Below, piece by piece: positions 15,487 to 28,836 of a stretch of DNA of 64,000 nucleotides. The notes under the pieces are model-generated. The model was not told where the DNA came from, made no database searches, and saw only the letters and a program-made list of their open reading frames with translations. The translations under genes and the position numbers were made by a program. The stretch spans positions 41,292,001-41,356,000 of the forward strand of contig OX597818.1 of the NCBI GenBank assembly GCA_951406725.2, given 5' to 3'. This DNA is from Octopus vulgaris (lineage: Eukaryota). How positions within the stretch are numbered: position 1 is the stretch's first letter; the number at the start of each line of letters is the position of its first letter.

Positions 15487-15549
15487 ATCCACTGATGAGA
15501 ACTTAGACTAAATTAATTTAGTCAGAGTTCAAAATCACGTGATATGGAT
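15487..15549 (+). ncRNA. Type-I hammerhead ribozyme motif with one core change (G12A)
   Basis: atcca CTGATGA gaact..gactaaattaatttagtc..agttc aAAA tcacgtga TA tggat; all three stems pair. Confidence 0.65.
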
Positions 15550-15895
15550 ATGTTTGTTACTTCATTTGTGAGTTTGATCTCACTAAAGTAAGGTGCTTTT
15601 CTCGCTTCCTCTCATTCGTGAACTCATTGAGTTAGTGGTTTTTGTGGCTTTTTGAGTCGTCCTGACTCTTGTTTATAGCAATGCTGGTACTATTTTGTAC
15701 CCTTGTTTAAATAATACATATGTGTGTGTGTGTGTGTGTGTATGTGTGGGTGTATACACACACTCGCACACATACATATGTATATAATTGAGATGACAAA
15801 GGAATATACAATTAACTTATGAACCTCGTTAGCTTACATCTGTTTCTTTTATAAAATGCTGTGGATTCATAGTTGAGTACCTAAGTGAAATATGT

Positions 15896-15999
<104 letters not shown>

Positions 16000-16155
16000 T
16001 ATGCCGTCAACTTAATGTGATAGTCCCATGAAAGGGAAGAATACTACTGCTATTTAGCCCTAGTAAGCACTGCTTCTTGTCGGCTTTGACACATTTTATG
16101 TGTCCTTATGTTTACAAAGGGGGAGATAAGCACCTCCACCCAGCAAAGCCATCAT

Positions 16156-16196
16156 TCAGAGACTAGTTTCTGAGTCATTGCTCGTCATCAGTATGG
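16156..16196 (-). ncRNA. Hammerhead-like motif with weak stem I
   Basis: Minus strand: CTGATGA c gag-caatga-ctc a GAAACTAGTC. Confidence 0.45.
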
Positions 16197-16383
16197 AGTG
16201 GCATGGCCAGAACTCTGGCCGAAATACGATTAATATAAAATAAAGCTGAAGCAAGTGAACACCAAATGTATAGTGCGTGTGTATTTATTGGCTAAACTGG
16301 CAACATGACCATCCGCAAATACAACAATATCTGTTTCAACACACGAATTCACATCAATAATCTTGCAAAACGAATATATAAAC

Positions 16384-16425
<42 letters not shown>

Positions 16426-16426
<1 letters not shown>

Positions 16427-16792
16427 AACAATTGCAGCGTGGAAGGTATTTATAAGCCATTTAAGAAACACACAAAAACCGTTAGATTCACTTCAACATT
16501 TAAATTTAATTTGTCAAAATATTTTCGTCGCTTTGAGACCGCGACCTGTTCACTGACAAAACTTCGTGCTGCATCTCGAAAATAGTAGCACGAAGTTTTG
16601 TCAGTGAACAGGTCGCGGTCTCAAAGCGACGAAAATATTTTGACAAATTAAATTTAAATGTTGAAGTGAATCTAACGGTTTTTGTGTGTTTCTTAAATGG
16701 CTTATAAACACCTTCCACACTTGCAACTGTTTTCGTTCCAGCACACGATCTCAGATCAAGTCACTCGCTATGCAAGTACATATCCGTAAAAT
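16426..16792. repeat. Near-perfect foldback (arms 16426-16570 and 16587-16732, 16-nt spacer), PLE pLTR-like
   Basis: Arms are reverse complements, identical over ~120 bp by eye; a partial copy lies at 51058-51202. Confidence 0.9.
16597..16647 (+). ncRNA. Minimal type-I hammerhead ribozyme with G3-C8 core variant (identical copy on the - strand at 16510-16560)
   Basis: tttgtca GTGAACA g gtcgc-ggtctcaaa-gcgac GAAA ata tt T tgacaaa: 7-bp stem I, 5-bp stem II, palindromic AATATT stem III. Confidence 0.6.
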
Positions 16793-16801
16793 ATATATAT
16801 A

Positions 16802-17170
16802 CTAGCAGTATCGCCCGGCGTTGCTCAGGTTTGTAAGGGAAATAACTATAAAGCATTTTTAGAGAGTTATAGCCAAAAAATAGCAAAAAGATGGAAAAAA
16901 ATGATGGTAAATTTTTTTTTAGTTAAAAAAGGTGGAGACAGTTTGCGGTTTGTGTTTCTGATTCTCGACCCCATGTCGAATTTATCGATTTTTTTCAGAA
17001 CTGGGGGAACTTTTCAAAATTTTCGCTGCGTTAATTTTGAATTATGACATTGGGCTATGTGTGTGTCAAGTTTCATCAGAATCGGTTGAAAGCCGTGGTC
17101 AGGGTGAGGGTACAAGAAAACAGACACACAGAAACACGCACAGACAAACTGCCGTTTATATAGAGAGAGA
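16802..17170 (-). mobile_element. Non-autonomous Helitron-like element
   Basis: Minus strand starts tctctctctatataaa...gtgtgtctg and ends with GC-rich gagcaacgccgggcgatactgCTAG followed by T. The last ~55 bp are shared with the element at 31542-31938. Confidence 0.7.
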
Positions 17171-17184
17171 TATATCAAGGTAAA

Positions 17185-17532
17185 GATAAATAGAGAGATA
17201 TTGACAATCCAATTTATTTACATTATATTACATGATTTACTATGAATATAGCATAATATTATGTAACATAAACAATTTTTTTTTTAACCATAAAAGACCA
17301 AGAAAATGTTTCGACTTATATATATTTTCTGACATACATACTCAATAAGAGAACTATTAAAGTGAATGCATATCAGAAAATGTGTATAAGTCGAAACAAT
17401 TTGTTGGCCTTTTATGGATATTTTAAATAATTGTTTATGTTATATAATATTATGTTATATTATATTCGTAGTAAATCATGTTCTATTATAATATAAATAA
17501 ATTATTAGATTGCCAATAGTATCTCTTTATCT
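17185..17532. repeat. Imperfect ~350-bp palindrome centred near 17352
   Basis: tgtttcgacttatatatattttctga versus tcagaaaatgtgtataagtcgaaaca; pairing continues outward. Confidence 0.75.
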
Positions 17533-17652
17533 AATTTGTCTTTGTAATTGCATTATACCAATATATATATGGTATTCAACTGACCAGCCAGTGAATTGGA
17601 TGTTTAACGCACCCCTTTGAAGGATCTCTTTGCCTCAGTTTGTTACTTTATA

Positions 17653-17718
<66 letters not shown>

Positions 17719-18051
17719 ATAGATATAACGGGGGTGAAATAGGGTACGTGTAAAGGGCATCATTAGCATTTGGTTCTTATGTAATTTTATTTCACCCATC
17801 CTGTCCTTCGAGGAACTATTCAAAATGTGCTCAATCCACCGAATACGATGATGATGATGATTTTATTATTCGTTTGCTTTCGTTCTCTTTTCACTCGTTC
17901 TTCCCAAAACGTTTCATTCCGTCTTTGAATTCAATGGTTTTCATAGTATTTCTTCTTTTTTTTTCATTATATGTAAACCCCGACACTTTATGTGTGTCTT
18001 TGTACCTTTGCCCCGGTGACAAATAAAAGAAATCTTTATTATTATTATTGC

Positions 18052-18123
<72 letters not shown>

Positions 18124-18336
18124 CAGCCACGTCATCGTAGTTGTATTTTTGTGGGGGGGGGGATCTTCTCATTTTCTTTTTCTTCGACTTTTTTCTTTTT
18201 CTTCATATTCTTCCCTTTTACTGTCATTTCAAAAATTTTCTTTTCAGAGTATTTTGTTCCTACTTTATATATGCGAGTGTCTATGTGTGTGTTTATGTAT
18301 ATGCTTGTGGCTGAGATATAATAAATGTTGAAAGAT

Positions 18337-18935
<599 letters not shown>

Positions 18936-20016
18936 TCTGTCTCTCTGTCACTCTATCTTCATCCCTCTACCCTCAGCCTCTTACTTCCATCTTCTCATAT
19001 CCTATTCTAGGTGTCGTATTTATTCTCCCACCACCATTCGAAGCGACTCTTTCTTCTCTTCTCTAACGACCAATTTCTATTAATTTGACATAGCAATAGA
19101 AAGAAAGAGGGGAAAAGAAAATGAAATTAATAACGCTAGTAAAAGAAAGCAATCCTGTTTGCCTGCAGCATAGGAAATCACTTCAAAAATGAAACAATAA
19201 ATAGAATTGTTTTCACAAGTCTTTGCCGCTCATATGAAAGAAGAACTGCAAAGTCTTCAGTTTTCTTTATAAAAGATTTACTAACATCCGGCGGCGTAAC
19301 ATTTCTCTTTTATTTCATTTACAGAGTTATCGCCCGCGCCGTTTACTAAACATTTTATTTATTTATTTGTTTATCTATTTATTTATTTATTGGTTTATTT
19401 ATTTATTGTTTTGACCAGCAATACGTGTGTTTTGTTATTTTTATACCGTCTTCCCGCTAACACCACTATCACCATCACCTTTCGTTTCTTCCTTTCAACT
19501 ATTTAAATATGTTTCCTTATTACAAGTACATATAAGCACACATATTTATATACACTGTACATACCTACGCAAACACACAGAGAAATACATATGCATATGT
19601 ATACACACACTCACATATATATATATACATTTATATATATATTTTATATATATGCGTATTTGTGTGTGTATATAAATATATATCAATATATATGTGTATG
19701 AGTGTGTTTGTGTGTGCGTGCGCTCGTGTTTGTTTGCGTGTGTAGGAGTGTATATATGCATATATATACGTGTGTCTGTGTATATTTGTATCTATATTTA
19801 TATATATATACATACAAGCATGTATGTGCATGTATATATATATATTCATATATATATATATATATATATATTCATATATACATATTATACAAAAGCATAT
19901 ATGCATGTATATATATACATACATACATACATACATACGAACATACATACACACACACATACATACATACATACATACATACATACATACATACATACAT
20001 ACGAACATACATACAT

Positions 20017-20305
20017 ATGCTCAGGGGTTAAAGTGTTGCACTGACGATTGCGAGATCGTGGGTTCGATTCCCAGACCGGGCGTTGCGTTGTGTTCTTTAG
20101 CAAAGCACTTCATTTCACGTTGCTCTACGATCTCTTCAGTATCTGACATGTGTCACCTCGTTGCACCTGTACAGGTAATGTCGATTTGATGGAGGGAGGG
20201 AGCTTATGTGTACACAAACATTTGATCATTATAAACAAATCATGTGTGCGGTTGTTCGGTAAGAAATTGTCAAACCCTCTTACGCCGTCTAACGACGGGA
20301 GAGTC
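20017..20305 (+). mobile_element. SINE with family-B-like head/CORE segment but a different tail
   Basis: ggttcgattcccagaccgggc..gttgtgttctttagcaaagcacttcatttcacgttgctc, then diverges from family B. Confidence 0.65.
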
Positions 20306-21097
20306 CGTCATATATGTGTGTGTGTGTGTGAGTGTGTTCTCAAATTTCCTTTTTCTCCCCTCCCTTTTTAACCGTTTTCTATCTCTTTCTATTTCTCTAT
20401 CTCTCTCTCTCTCTCTCTCTCTTTCTCCTCTTTCTCTTTTTCTCTCTCTCATCCATCTTTCTTTTCCTACACAGGCGTTCAAAAGACTGGGCGTTTTTTC
20501 TATCTCTCTTTACTCTTTCTCTTTTCAAAGAAAATATTTCTCCCAGCGTTCACTATTTTCCTATCGTTCTGGTCTAACGACCCTCCATTTTTGTTTTCGT
20601 TCGTTTTCCTGGTATGTTCCCACCGTCTTGTTTTTGTGCCCAACTTTGACCCTCCATAAATCCTAAATTTTATTTTAGAATTTATAGGAGCAACTGTCTT
20701 TGAAGACTCATATTGTCGTTAAATGCTCGAAATGAGGAGTAGATAGACAGCCAACAATTGTGTTTACTTATCCTGTTTTCCATTATTTATCTCGTTGTTT
20801 ACGTATTTAACTCGTTTGTTTACGTATTTCATGTTGTTTGCACAGTTTGTGACGTCCTGTACCTATATATGGATGGTAAATCAAATTAATACACTTGTCA
20901 ATATTATCTGGTGGTTGTCTTTTGAGATGTGACATCGATCCTCATTTGTTACTGAAAGAACCCTAGTTCACACTTCCAAAAATTCACATAATTCCCTTGT
21001 ACACGCACACACATACACATATATAGAGAGTTGAAACGCTGTTTGATTTTTCTTTTCAGGGTTGAATGATCACCATTCCACTTCTATTGCACACACG

Positions 21098-21129
<32 letters not shown>

Positions 21130-21369
21130 TTCACATACCTCCCTTTTACATACACACACATGTACGCACACAGAGTTGAAGCGGCGCTCCCACTATCAGT
21201 TTGCCATCACCCCTTCCTTTCTCATTCATATGTTGTGACGGAGAAGAACACAAGAGTATTATAATGGTAGATTAATAGGAACTGCATATAAATTTTTTTT
21301 AATATTTTGTTTATTGTAGAAATATAACACATTTATTACACATAATGTTTAACAATAAAATCTTATGCG

Positions 21370-22085
21370 GAACTCGGTGGGTGATATGGGCCCCGCTTGA
21401 GAGCAAACTGAACAAGGACAGGTACTGTCTATCTGTCTGGCGCCTTTGGCGAAAGAAGTTGTGTGGTGGACTAGATTGAAAGGGCTAAAGGCAAAGCTCC
21501 TTCTTCTTTGGTCAAGCCCTCATCTTGAGCTTTTTCCAGTTTCATTGAGTAATGAGAGATGTTCTGCTTCTCTTTTACTCTTTTACTTGTTTCAGTCATT
21601 TGACTGTGGTCATGCTGGAGCACCGCCTTTAGTCGAGCAAATCGACCCCAGGACTTATTCTTTGTAAGCCTAGTACTTATTCTATCGGTCTTTTTTGCCG
21701 AACCACTAAGTTATGGGGACGTAAACACACCAGCATCCGTTGTCAAGCGATGTTGGGGGACAAACACAGGCACACAAACAAATACACACACACATACATA
21801 CATACATACATACATATATACATATATATGACGAGCTTCTTTCAGTTTCCGTCTACCAAATCCACTCACAAGGCTTTGGTCTGCCCGAGGCTATAGTAGA
21901 AGACACTTGCCCAAAGTGCCACGCAGTGGGAGTGAACCCGGAACCATGTGGTTGGTAAGCAAGCTACTTACCACACAGCCACTCCTACACCTTCTCAGCA
22001 ATTTTATTGGAAGATAGATGAACTTGGCGAGCATGGTCGGACGAGACAGCAAAACCGTTAGCACGTCGGACATTCATATGCGGAC
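21370..22085 (+). pseudogene. Degenerate Tx1-like ORF2 C-terminal fragment interrupted by a family-C SINE
   Basis: AKEVVWWTRLKGL (from 21449) matches AKECIWWTRLKGL of the 62594 ORF. After the SINE, NFIGR*MNLASMV (~22000-22040) resembles CFKKRWVNVARMA. Confidence 0.7.
21571..21985 (-). mobile_element. SINE family C (bipartite, internal microsatellite), full length
   Basis: Head ggagtggctgtgtggtaag...ggttca.tcccactgc, internal (AT/GT)n spacer, tail ...gactgaaacaagtaaaagagtaaaagag. Confidence 0.87.
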
Positions 22086-22227
22086 TAGATGATTTAGGGA
22101 GTATCCCTGGCTGCATTTCGCAGCAATGCCTCTGCTCTCCACTACCCAGAGCGTAGATGGACAAATTAACGCAAGGAATATTAAGAGAAGCCATTTTGAT
22201 AAGTGGTTAAGTGTTGTTTACACACAC

Positions 22228-22275
<48 letters not shown>

Positions 22276-22517
22276 GTGCGTAAGGGCATAAATATATAAA
22301 TATATGTAATGTAGATATAGGTAAATATGTATTTGGACGGAAATGTGCAATGATATATGGATATTACATTTATAATAATGAAGTCTATAAATCCTATAAA
22401 TTTCCTCATAAAAGCATTTTTTTAAAAACTTTTATAATCGTTAATAAGATATTCGGTATCCTACATCCTTCCACCAGACTATTCCAATGTATTTACCAAT
22501 GTATTTACCAATGTATG

Positions 22518-22579
<62 letters not shown>

Positions 22580-22718
22580 AATCAATCTATCAACCTATAT
22601 GCGTGTGTATTTGTGTATGTGTGTGTGTGTGTGTGCATTTGTGTACGTATGTATATATCTACCTATATCTATGTAGCTAGCTTTCTCTCTCTCACACACT
22701 CTCTCTCTCTCTCTGTAT

Positions 22719-22752
<34 letters not shown>

Positions 22753-22880
22753 TATATATATATATATATATATATGTGCATGTGTGACTCTGTGTATGTG
22801 TGTTTGCATATGTAGATGCTGGGAAATATCTACATGTCTATGTATGTAAATATATATGCGTGTATGTGTGCATGTGTGTA

Positions 22881-22932
<52 letters not shown>

Positions 22933-22940
22933 CACATACA

Positions 22941-23009
<69 letters not shown>

Positions 23010-23664
23010 GCGCACAATAAACGCATATATATGTGTGTGTGCATGTGTGTATGCATACATACATACTCACAGACGCACACTCACACATACGTAAAATGTG
23101 ATTTAAAACCCCCTTTGGCATTTAAATATTGTTTATCATTAAAATACAAGAGACGCCTGAATCACACTGCTAGTATATATGTATCATGTGTGTATGCGCG
23201 CCTAAGCGAGTATGCGCGTGCACACGTCTTCGCGACCCAGCATATATGTATGAATATAGATAAACGGATCCGCACATATATCCGCAGTGAATATAGCTGC
23301 TGCTGCTGTTAGTAACGATACAAGTAAAAAAAAATATTATCAGCTACTTCATTACTGGCACTGTTTCACTTCTTTTGTATAGAATGAATTATATCTTTGC
23401 CGACAGCCATATATATTCTCTTCAAATTTTCTTTTCTGACACTTAGTGACCGCACAAAATTTACAATTATCTGTTGTGTATAAAGTGTGATGGTTGGAGG
23501 GTTGTTTCTGTCTATGCATGTAGACACAGGCGTAGGTGTGTGCATGTGTGCATGTGCATGTGTGTGTGTGTGTGTGTGTGTGTGTTTAAGTAAGTAAGAG
23601 TAATTATGATGTTATGAAGAACTATGTACTCTTACTTCTAAGAAAGAACTAAATGCGTTTATTT

Positions 23665-23751
<87 letters not shown>

Positions 23752-24572
23752 GTATGTATATACATATATATATATACATTTAAGCATATAGTTTCCTGTA
23801 TATCTGTGTATATCCACATATGTATACAGTGGGGTATGTCTATGTACTTGTACATACACATAAATAACTGTTTATATACATATATATGTGTATATGCATT
23901 TATGCACGTGTATTAGTGTGTATGATATGTGTATAATATATATATATGTTTGTATGCCTGATTGTTTGTATAAAAAGAAAAGGTTGAAAATGTAGGGTGG
24001 GAGCAAAGATATTTTTTGTTTTTACTTAACCGGTTTCAATATTTCATGATTTTCAAAAGTAGTTTGATATTGTGAGACGTGGAGCTGTGTCATATTTGTC
24101 TTAACTCTACCTAATATCCTAAATTTTCTTTTGTTTTAATGAATATGTGATGGCTTAAATTGCTATCAGTTGATGCACTGATTTGTTGGATGAATCTAGT
24201 CGCGAAGTCAGAGGGCCATGTAGCTGTAGGAATGAAACTTGCGCCAAAAGTTAAGGCTGCATTGGACTAGTGAGTGTGTCATGAGAAAGCGTGAGGAAGA
24301 ATGGCATGTTATATCTGCGTATTCGGTCATGTGACAGTAAAATAAACAATAAATTGACTGAAAATGGTGAAGTAGCTTACTTGCTTGTATACGAGTCACA
24401 GTATGTTGTGTATATGGCTTATATGCACACACACATATACATACGTACATATATGCATACACACATACATACATGCATACACACACATACATACATACAT
24501 ACATACATACATACATACATACAGAAAGACAGACAGACATACACACACACACACACACACACAGATATCTTT

Positions 24573-24878
24573 GTGGAGGCACATGGCCTAGTGGTTTGAG
24601 TAGCGGACATGCGGTCGAGGGATCGCTGGTTCGAATCTCAGACCGGGCGATGTGTTTGTTTATGAGCGAAAACACCTAAGCTCCACGCGGCTCCGGCAGA
24701 AGGTAATGGCAAACTTCTGCTGACTCTTTCGCCACAACTTTCTCTCACTCTTTCCTCCTGCATCTTGCAGCTCACCTGCGACGGACCGGCGTCCCTTCCA
24801 GGTGGAGAACCTATACGCCAAAAAACCGGGAAACCGGCCCTTATGAGCCAGGCAGGGCTCGAGAAGGAACAAACAACA
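24573..24878 (+). mobile_element. SINE family D
   Basis: A box tggcctagtgg, B box ggttcgaatct; (AAC) tail; flanking repeat acagatatc. Confidence 0.85.
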
Positions 24879-25199
24879 ACAGATATCATTATCACCCTCA
24901 CTTTTCTTCAACGCCTATGGATCTTTCTACCGCCCCCAGAAGGGAAATGCTACCCACTTTAGGAGCCCCTGATCTAATGTAAAGATAAAAATAATAAGCA
25001 GCATTTCTCAAGTTAAACGTGATACGCATATAACAAAGAATATATTTTTCAAAAGTTCTCTCCTAAAACCACTCTTAAGGAGTACTGTCTCAGTTCTTCC
25101 TGAATGGTTTTGAAACAAATGCTTCAGAAATATTATTTCATGTTTTTCCTCTAAATTTCCAACAATCTTGTAGTTTGCAAAACAACCATTGAATTTACA

Positions 25200-25356
25200 T
25201 TACTTACATTATTTACTTTCGACGGATATTTGTCTTCATCTTGTTTGTTGTTAACACAACATTTCGGTTGATATACCCTCCAGCCTTCACCAGGTGTCTT
25301 GAGGAAATTTCGAACCTGGGTTCTCATTCCTAAGGTTATTTTCGTCGTTATTATTA

Positions 25357-25406
<50 letters not shown>

Positions 25407-25612
25407 ATTATTATTATTATTATTATTGTTGTTGTTGTTGTTGTTATTAATAATAATAATAATAATAATGTTATTATTGTTGTTGTTGTTGTTGTTCAGG
25501 TCACTGAAGACACCTGATGAAGGCTGGCGGGTATATCAGCCGAAAAGTTGTGTTAACAACAAACAAGATGAGGGCAAATATCCGTCAAATGTAAATAATG
25601 TAAATAATGTAC
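25200..25612. repeat. Foldback element: ~100-bp inverted arms around a (TAT/TGT)n spacer
   Basis: 25205-25300 is the reverse complement of 25507-25602; single-arm copy at 11834-11962. Confidence 0.85.
25509..25554 (+). ncRNA. Minimal hammerhead ribozyme in a foldback repeat
   Basis: gacac CTGATGA a ggctg-loop-cagcc GAAAaGTT gtgtt; minus-strand homologues at ~25253-25298 and 11881-11926. Confidence 0.62.
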
Positions 25613-26251
25613 ACAATTCCTCATCTCTTAAATATAAAACAACCATTAAATTTCTTCTACAAGCGCTGTTTGTATTTGCTTATTGTATGTTATCGTATTT
25701 AGAAATCAATGACGGATAAAATACGCTATGAAACTACAGAAAGAATACATTTATAAAGAGGATTTACACTCTTTGGGGGGTGTATAGCACTCAGCTAGTA
25801 TATACACTCTCGAAATATGCACCCTTGGACAGGTAATTTGACCTAGCTGACCCTACTATATAATTAGAGGAAAACTCGCTTGATTTGCTAGAAATAGTAG
25901 CCAAATTTACCCGAAATCATTCTTATACTATCTTGAAGACAGAAGAACATTTTGAGTAGTATATTTGTAGTCACATTTTGTTAGATAAAAGACGGATAAT
26001 GGTCACCACAGCAATGTCTATCATCTTCTCAATCAGGACTGGTGTAGGTTAAACAACAATAACAATAATATGTTATGGGAGTTGAAATCAGATTCTGTAG
26101 ATATAAATTTAAGTACTGAAAACCACTGTCTGGTGCTCTACAAACTTTTTTGTTTTTGTTTGTTTTTATATAAGTGTTTATCAAGTGATAATCAGTATTG
26201 TGTTGAATTAATTTTAACAATAATAATTTCTAATTTCTTTTTTTCTTTCAG

Positions 26252-26370
26252 TGTTATGATTGGTGGCTCGATGAAATGTACATGAAAGTACAACTTCCGC
26301 TTCCAGTCAATTCCAATCCTGGAATGGTGTTTCCTAAAAGACACTTCGCCGACCAGAATGCTCAGTTAAA
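26252..26370 (+). CDS. ChAT: Internal coding exon of choline O-acetyltransferase (choline/carnitine acyltransferase family)
   Basis: Polypyrimidine tract plus tttcAG acceptor ending at 26251, GTAAGT donor at 26371. 119 nt, phase 0 to phase 2, reading CYDWWLDEMYMKVQLPLPVNSNPGMVFPKRHFADQNAQL(K). This resembles the ChAT motif W-L-x-x-M-Y...LP(V/I)NS(N/S)P-G-M-V-F-P as I recall it. The ORF track shows only another frame. No flanking exons found in the window. Confidence 0.88.
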
Positions 26371-26609
26371 GTAAGTCACCTTCAACATTTCTTTTCTTGT
26401 TATCACGTTGATCTTTAACACAAGCATAGAAATGGGGTGAATATTCGTAGTTCATCATATCAACCGCAGTACATCACTGGTACTTACTTATTGAGTTCCA
26501 GAAGAACTGAAAGTGAAGTCGACTCCGGAAACACGAGCACAAAATGTAAAAAGCTGTAATCTAAATGCCACTAGGTAAATTTCTCAGAGCGCTACCGTTT
26601 CTGCAAATT

Positions 26610-26841
26610 AGGCGGCGAACTGGTAGAAACGTTAGCACGCCGGGCGAAATGCTTAGCGGTATTTCGCCTGCCGTTATGTTCTGAGTTCAAATTCCGTCGA
26701 GGTCGACTTTGCCTTTCATCCTTTCGGGGTCGATAAATTAAGTACTAGTTACGCACTGGGGTCGATATAATCGACTTAATCCCTTAGTCTGTCCTTGTTT
26801 GTCCTCTCTGTGTTTAACCCCTTGTGGGTAGTAAAGAAATA
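26610..26841 (+). mobile_element. SINE family A, tail type 1 (Tx1-like)
   Basis: Full head and body, tail gtctgtccttgtttgtcctctctgtgtttaaccccttgtgggtagtaaagaaat; 240 bp downstream of the ChAT exon. Confidence 0.88.
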
Positions 26842-27072
26842 TATTTCTTACTCAAGGCTTTCGCTCCTAATGGAGCATAGGCTATTGGCAATTTTCCTTC
26901 ACCATTCTCAACTCTGGGTTGTCTCCTGGTAGTAAAATGAGAAGTCGGTCTTGCAGCTTCCTTTCGGAGTTTGCTGTACCAAGGCTTTCCTCTTCCTGAT
27001 TGGTTTTGAGTTGCCATCGATGCTTGTGTAACAATTGTGCATCTATACTCCTTTTTTTTCTAGGTAGGGTTG

Positions 27073-27263
27073 TGTTGTGTTGACGCCCCCAGACAATGAA
27101 GTAGACTAGCCCAATACGTAGAAGTCTAGATGTCAGGAGAAGAGAAGAGTAGTGATGAGCGTGTAGAGTAGAGTTGAGTAGAAGTCATCCGAACGTGCGA
27201 CATAACAGTGGCGATGAGGATTGCGTAGCTCACACAGCCACTGTGTAGTATTGCGACATAACA
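27073..27263 (+). mobile_element. Collapsed LTR-retrotransposon relic (5' LTR, PBS, tip of 3' LTR)
   Basis: TGTTGTGTTG...CGACATAACA ending 27207, followed by gTGGCGATGAGGA (Gypsy-type PBS-like); second gcgacataaca ends 27263; 5-bp TSD ggttg at 27068-27072 and 27264-27268. Confidence 0.6.
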
Positions 27264-27957
27264 GGTTGTTAGTCCTATACAAACCCATTATTACCTCTGA
27301 AAAGAGGCGGCCCACGTTACTCTGATCTCTATCCTTTAACCTGTCCAGCATTCCTATTAATATCTAGTTGTAATACTTCGATTAATGAAGACTGTTCACA
27401 CAGTTACTAAGTAATGTCTCATATGTGTAATTAACAACTAGTTCAGGCTCAGCTACAAGAAATTTGATAGTTTTGATGTAGAATAAAATACGAAATTTCC
27501 TCAGACTCAAACTAATTGTACTCAGCGTGTCTCTCCCTCCATATCCATATACCACCCCCACTCTTTTGTTCTCTTCCTCCGTACATGTTGAGGGTGCATA
27601 CCTATGCACATACATACTTATGTGTGTGTCCGTGATTGTTAGGTAATGTGTTAGCTGTGTCACTTCCATTACAGCACAGTTTCATCATTGTGATTACTCA
27701 AACGTTATGCGTTCGAATACAACACCTATCATCTAGATGATCCCCAACAGTGATATTGTGAAATAATGGAGTTGCAACTAACATATTATACTCTTTAATA
27801 CATAGATAATCCGCTCTACAGCACTATCGAATTTTCTCGCTGTTTTTGTTTTGTCCCTAGTAAGCGTGTGCGTGCGGTGTCTATAGCAAAATGAATGTAT
27901 GTGCTTATAAACAAGAATATATACACGTATACACACACACATATATATACATATATA

Positions 27958-28087
<130 letters not shown>

Positions 28088-28239
28088 TATATATACGTAT
28101 ATATGTACACATAGTGTATACACACACATACATATATATAAACTAAAAGCGTAAATACTTTTCCTTCTATTTTCCCTGAGCGTAAATCTAATACACGTTG
28201 TTTTTCTACTCCCTGTTTTTTTGGCAATTTTCGCACGAT

Positions 28240-28337
<98 letters not shown>

Positions 28338-28836
28338 GTGTGTCTTACATATATCCACTTCCTCGTGTGTTGTTTACAATTATTTTGTTGTCGGGTCGGC
28401 GTAGTATTGTAACAAATTACCAACCGACAACCACTCACTTTTATTTCGTCAATAGTAATTACGCAGTCTTTGTCCAATATTAAAGTCATGGCTACATCTC
28501 TTTTATTATTATTCTTTGTTTTTATTTTTGCCATGAAAATAACTACGCTGAAAAAAAAGATATGAAGCGAGATGTCAGTAGGCATTCTCGTCTGTTTAAT
28601 ATAAAATTGCTTTTGATGAACGATTTTTTTCTCTCAATTGCTACTTATTTTCTTTGATCTAAGCGGTTTGAAAATTTTCGTTGTTATTATTTTTCTAATA
28701 ATATGATGACACTTGAACATACATCATTGATGTATTCTAGCTGTTCTATTTCAAAATTCATATGGAGAAAGAATCTAAAATATTTTTCTATTCTTTCACT
28801 CATCCTTAAAGGATTCTAACTTCAAATTAAAAACAA

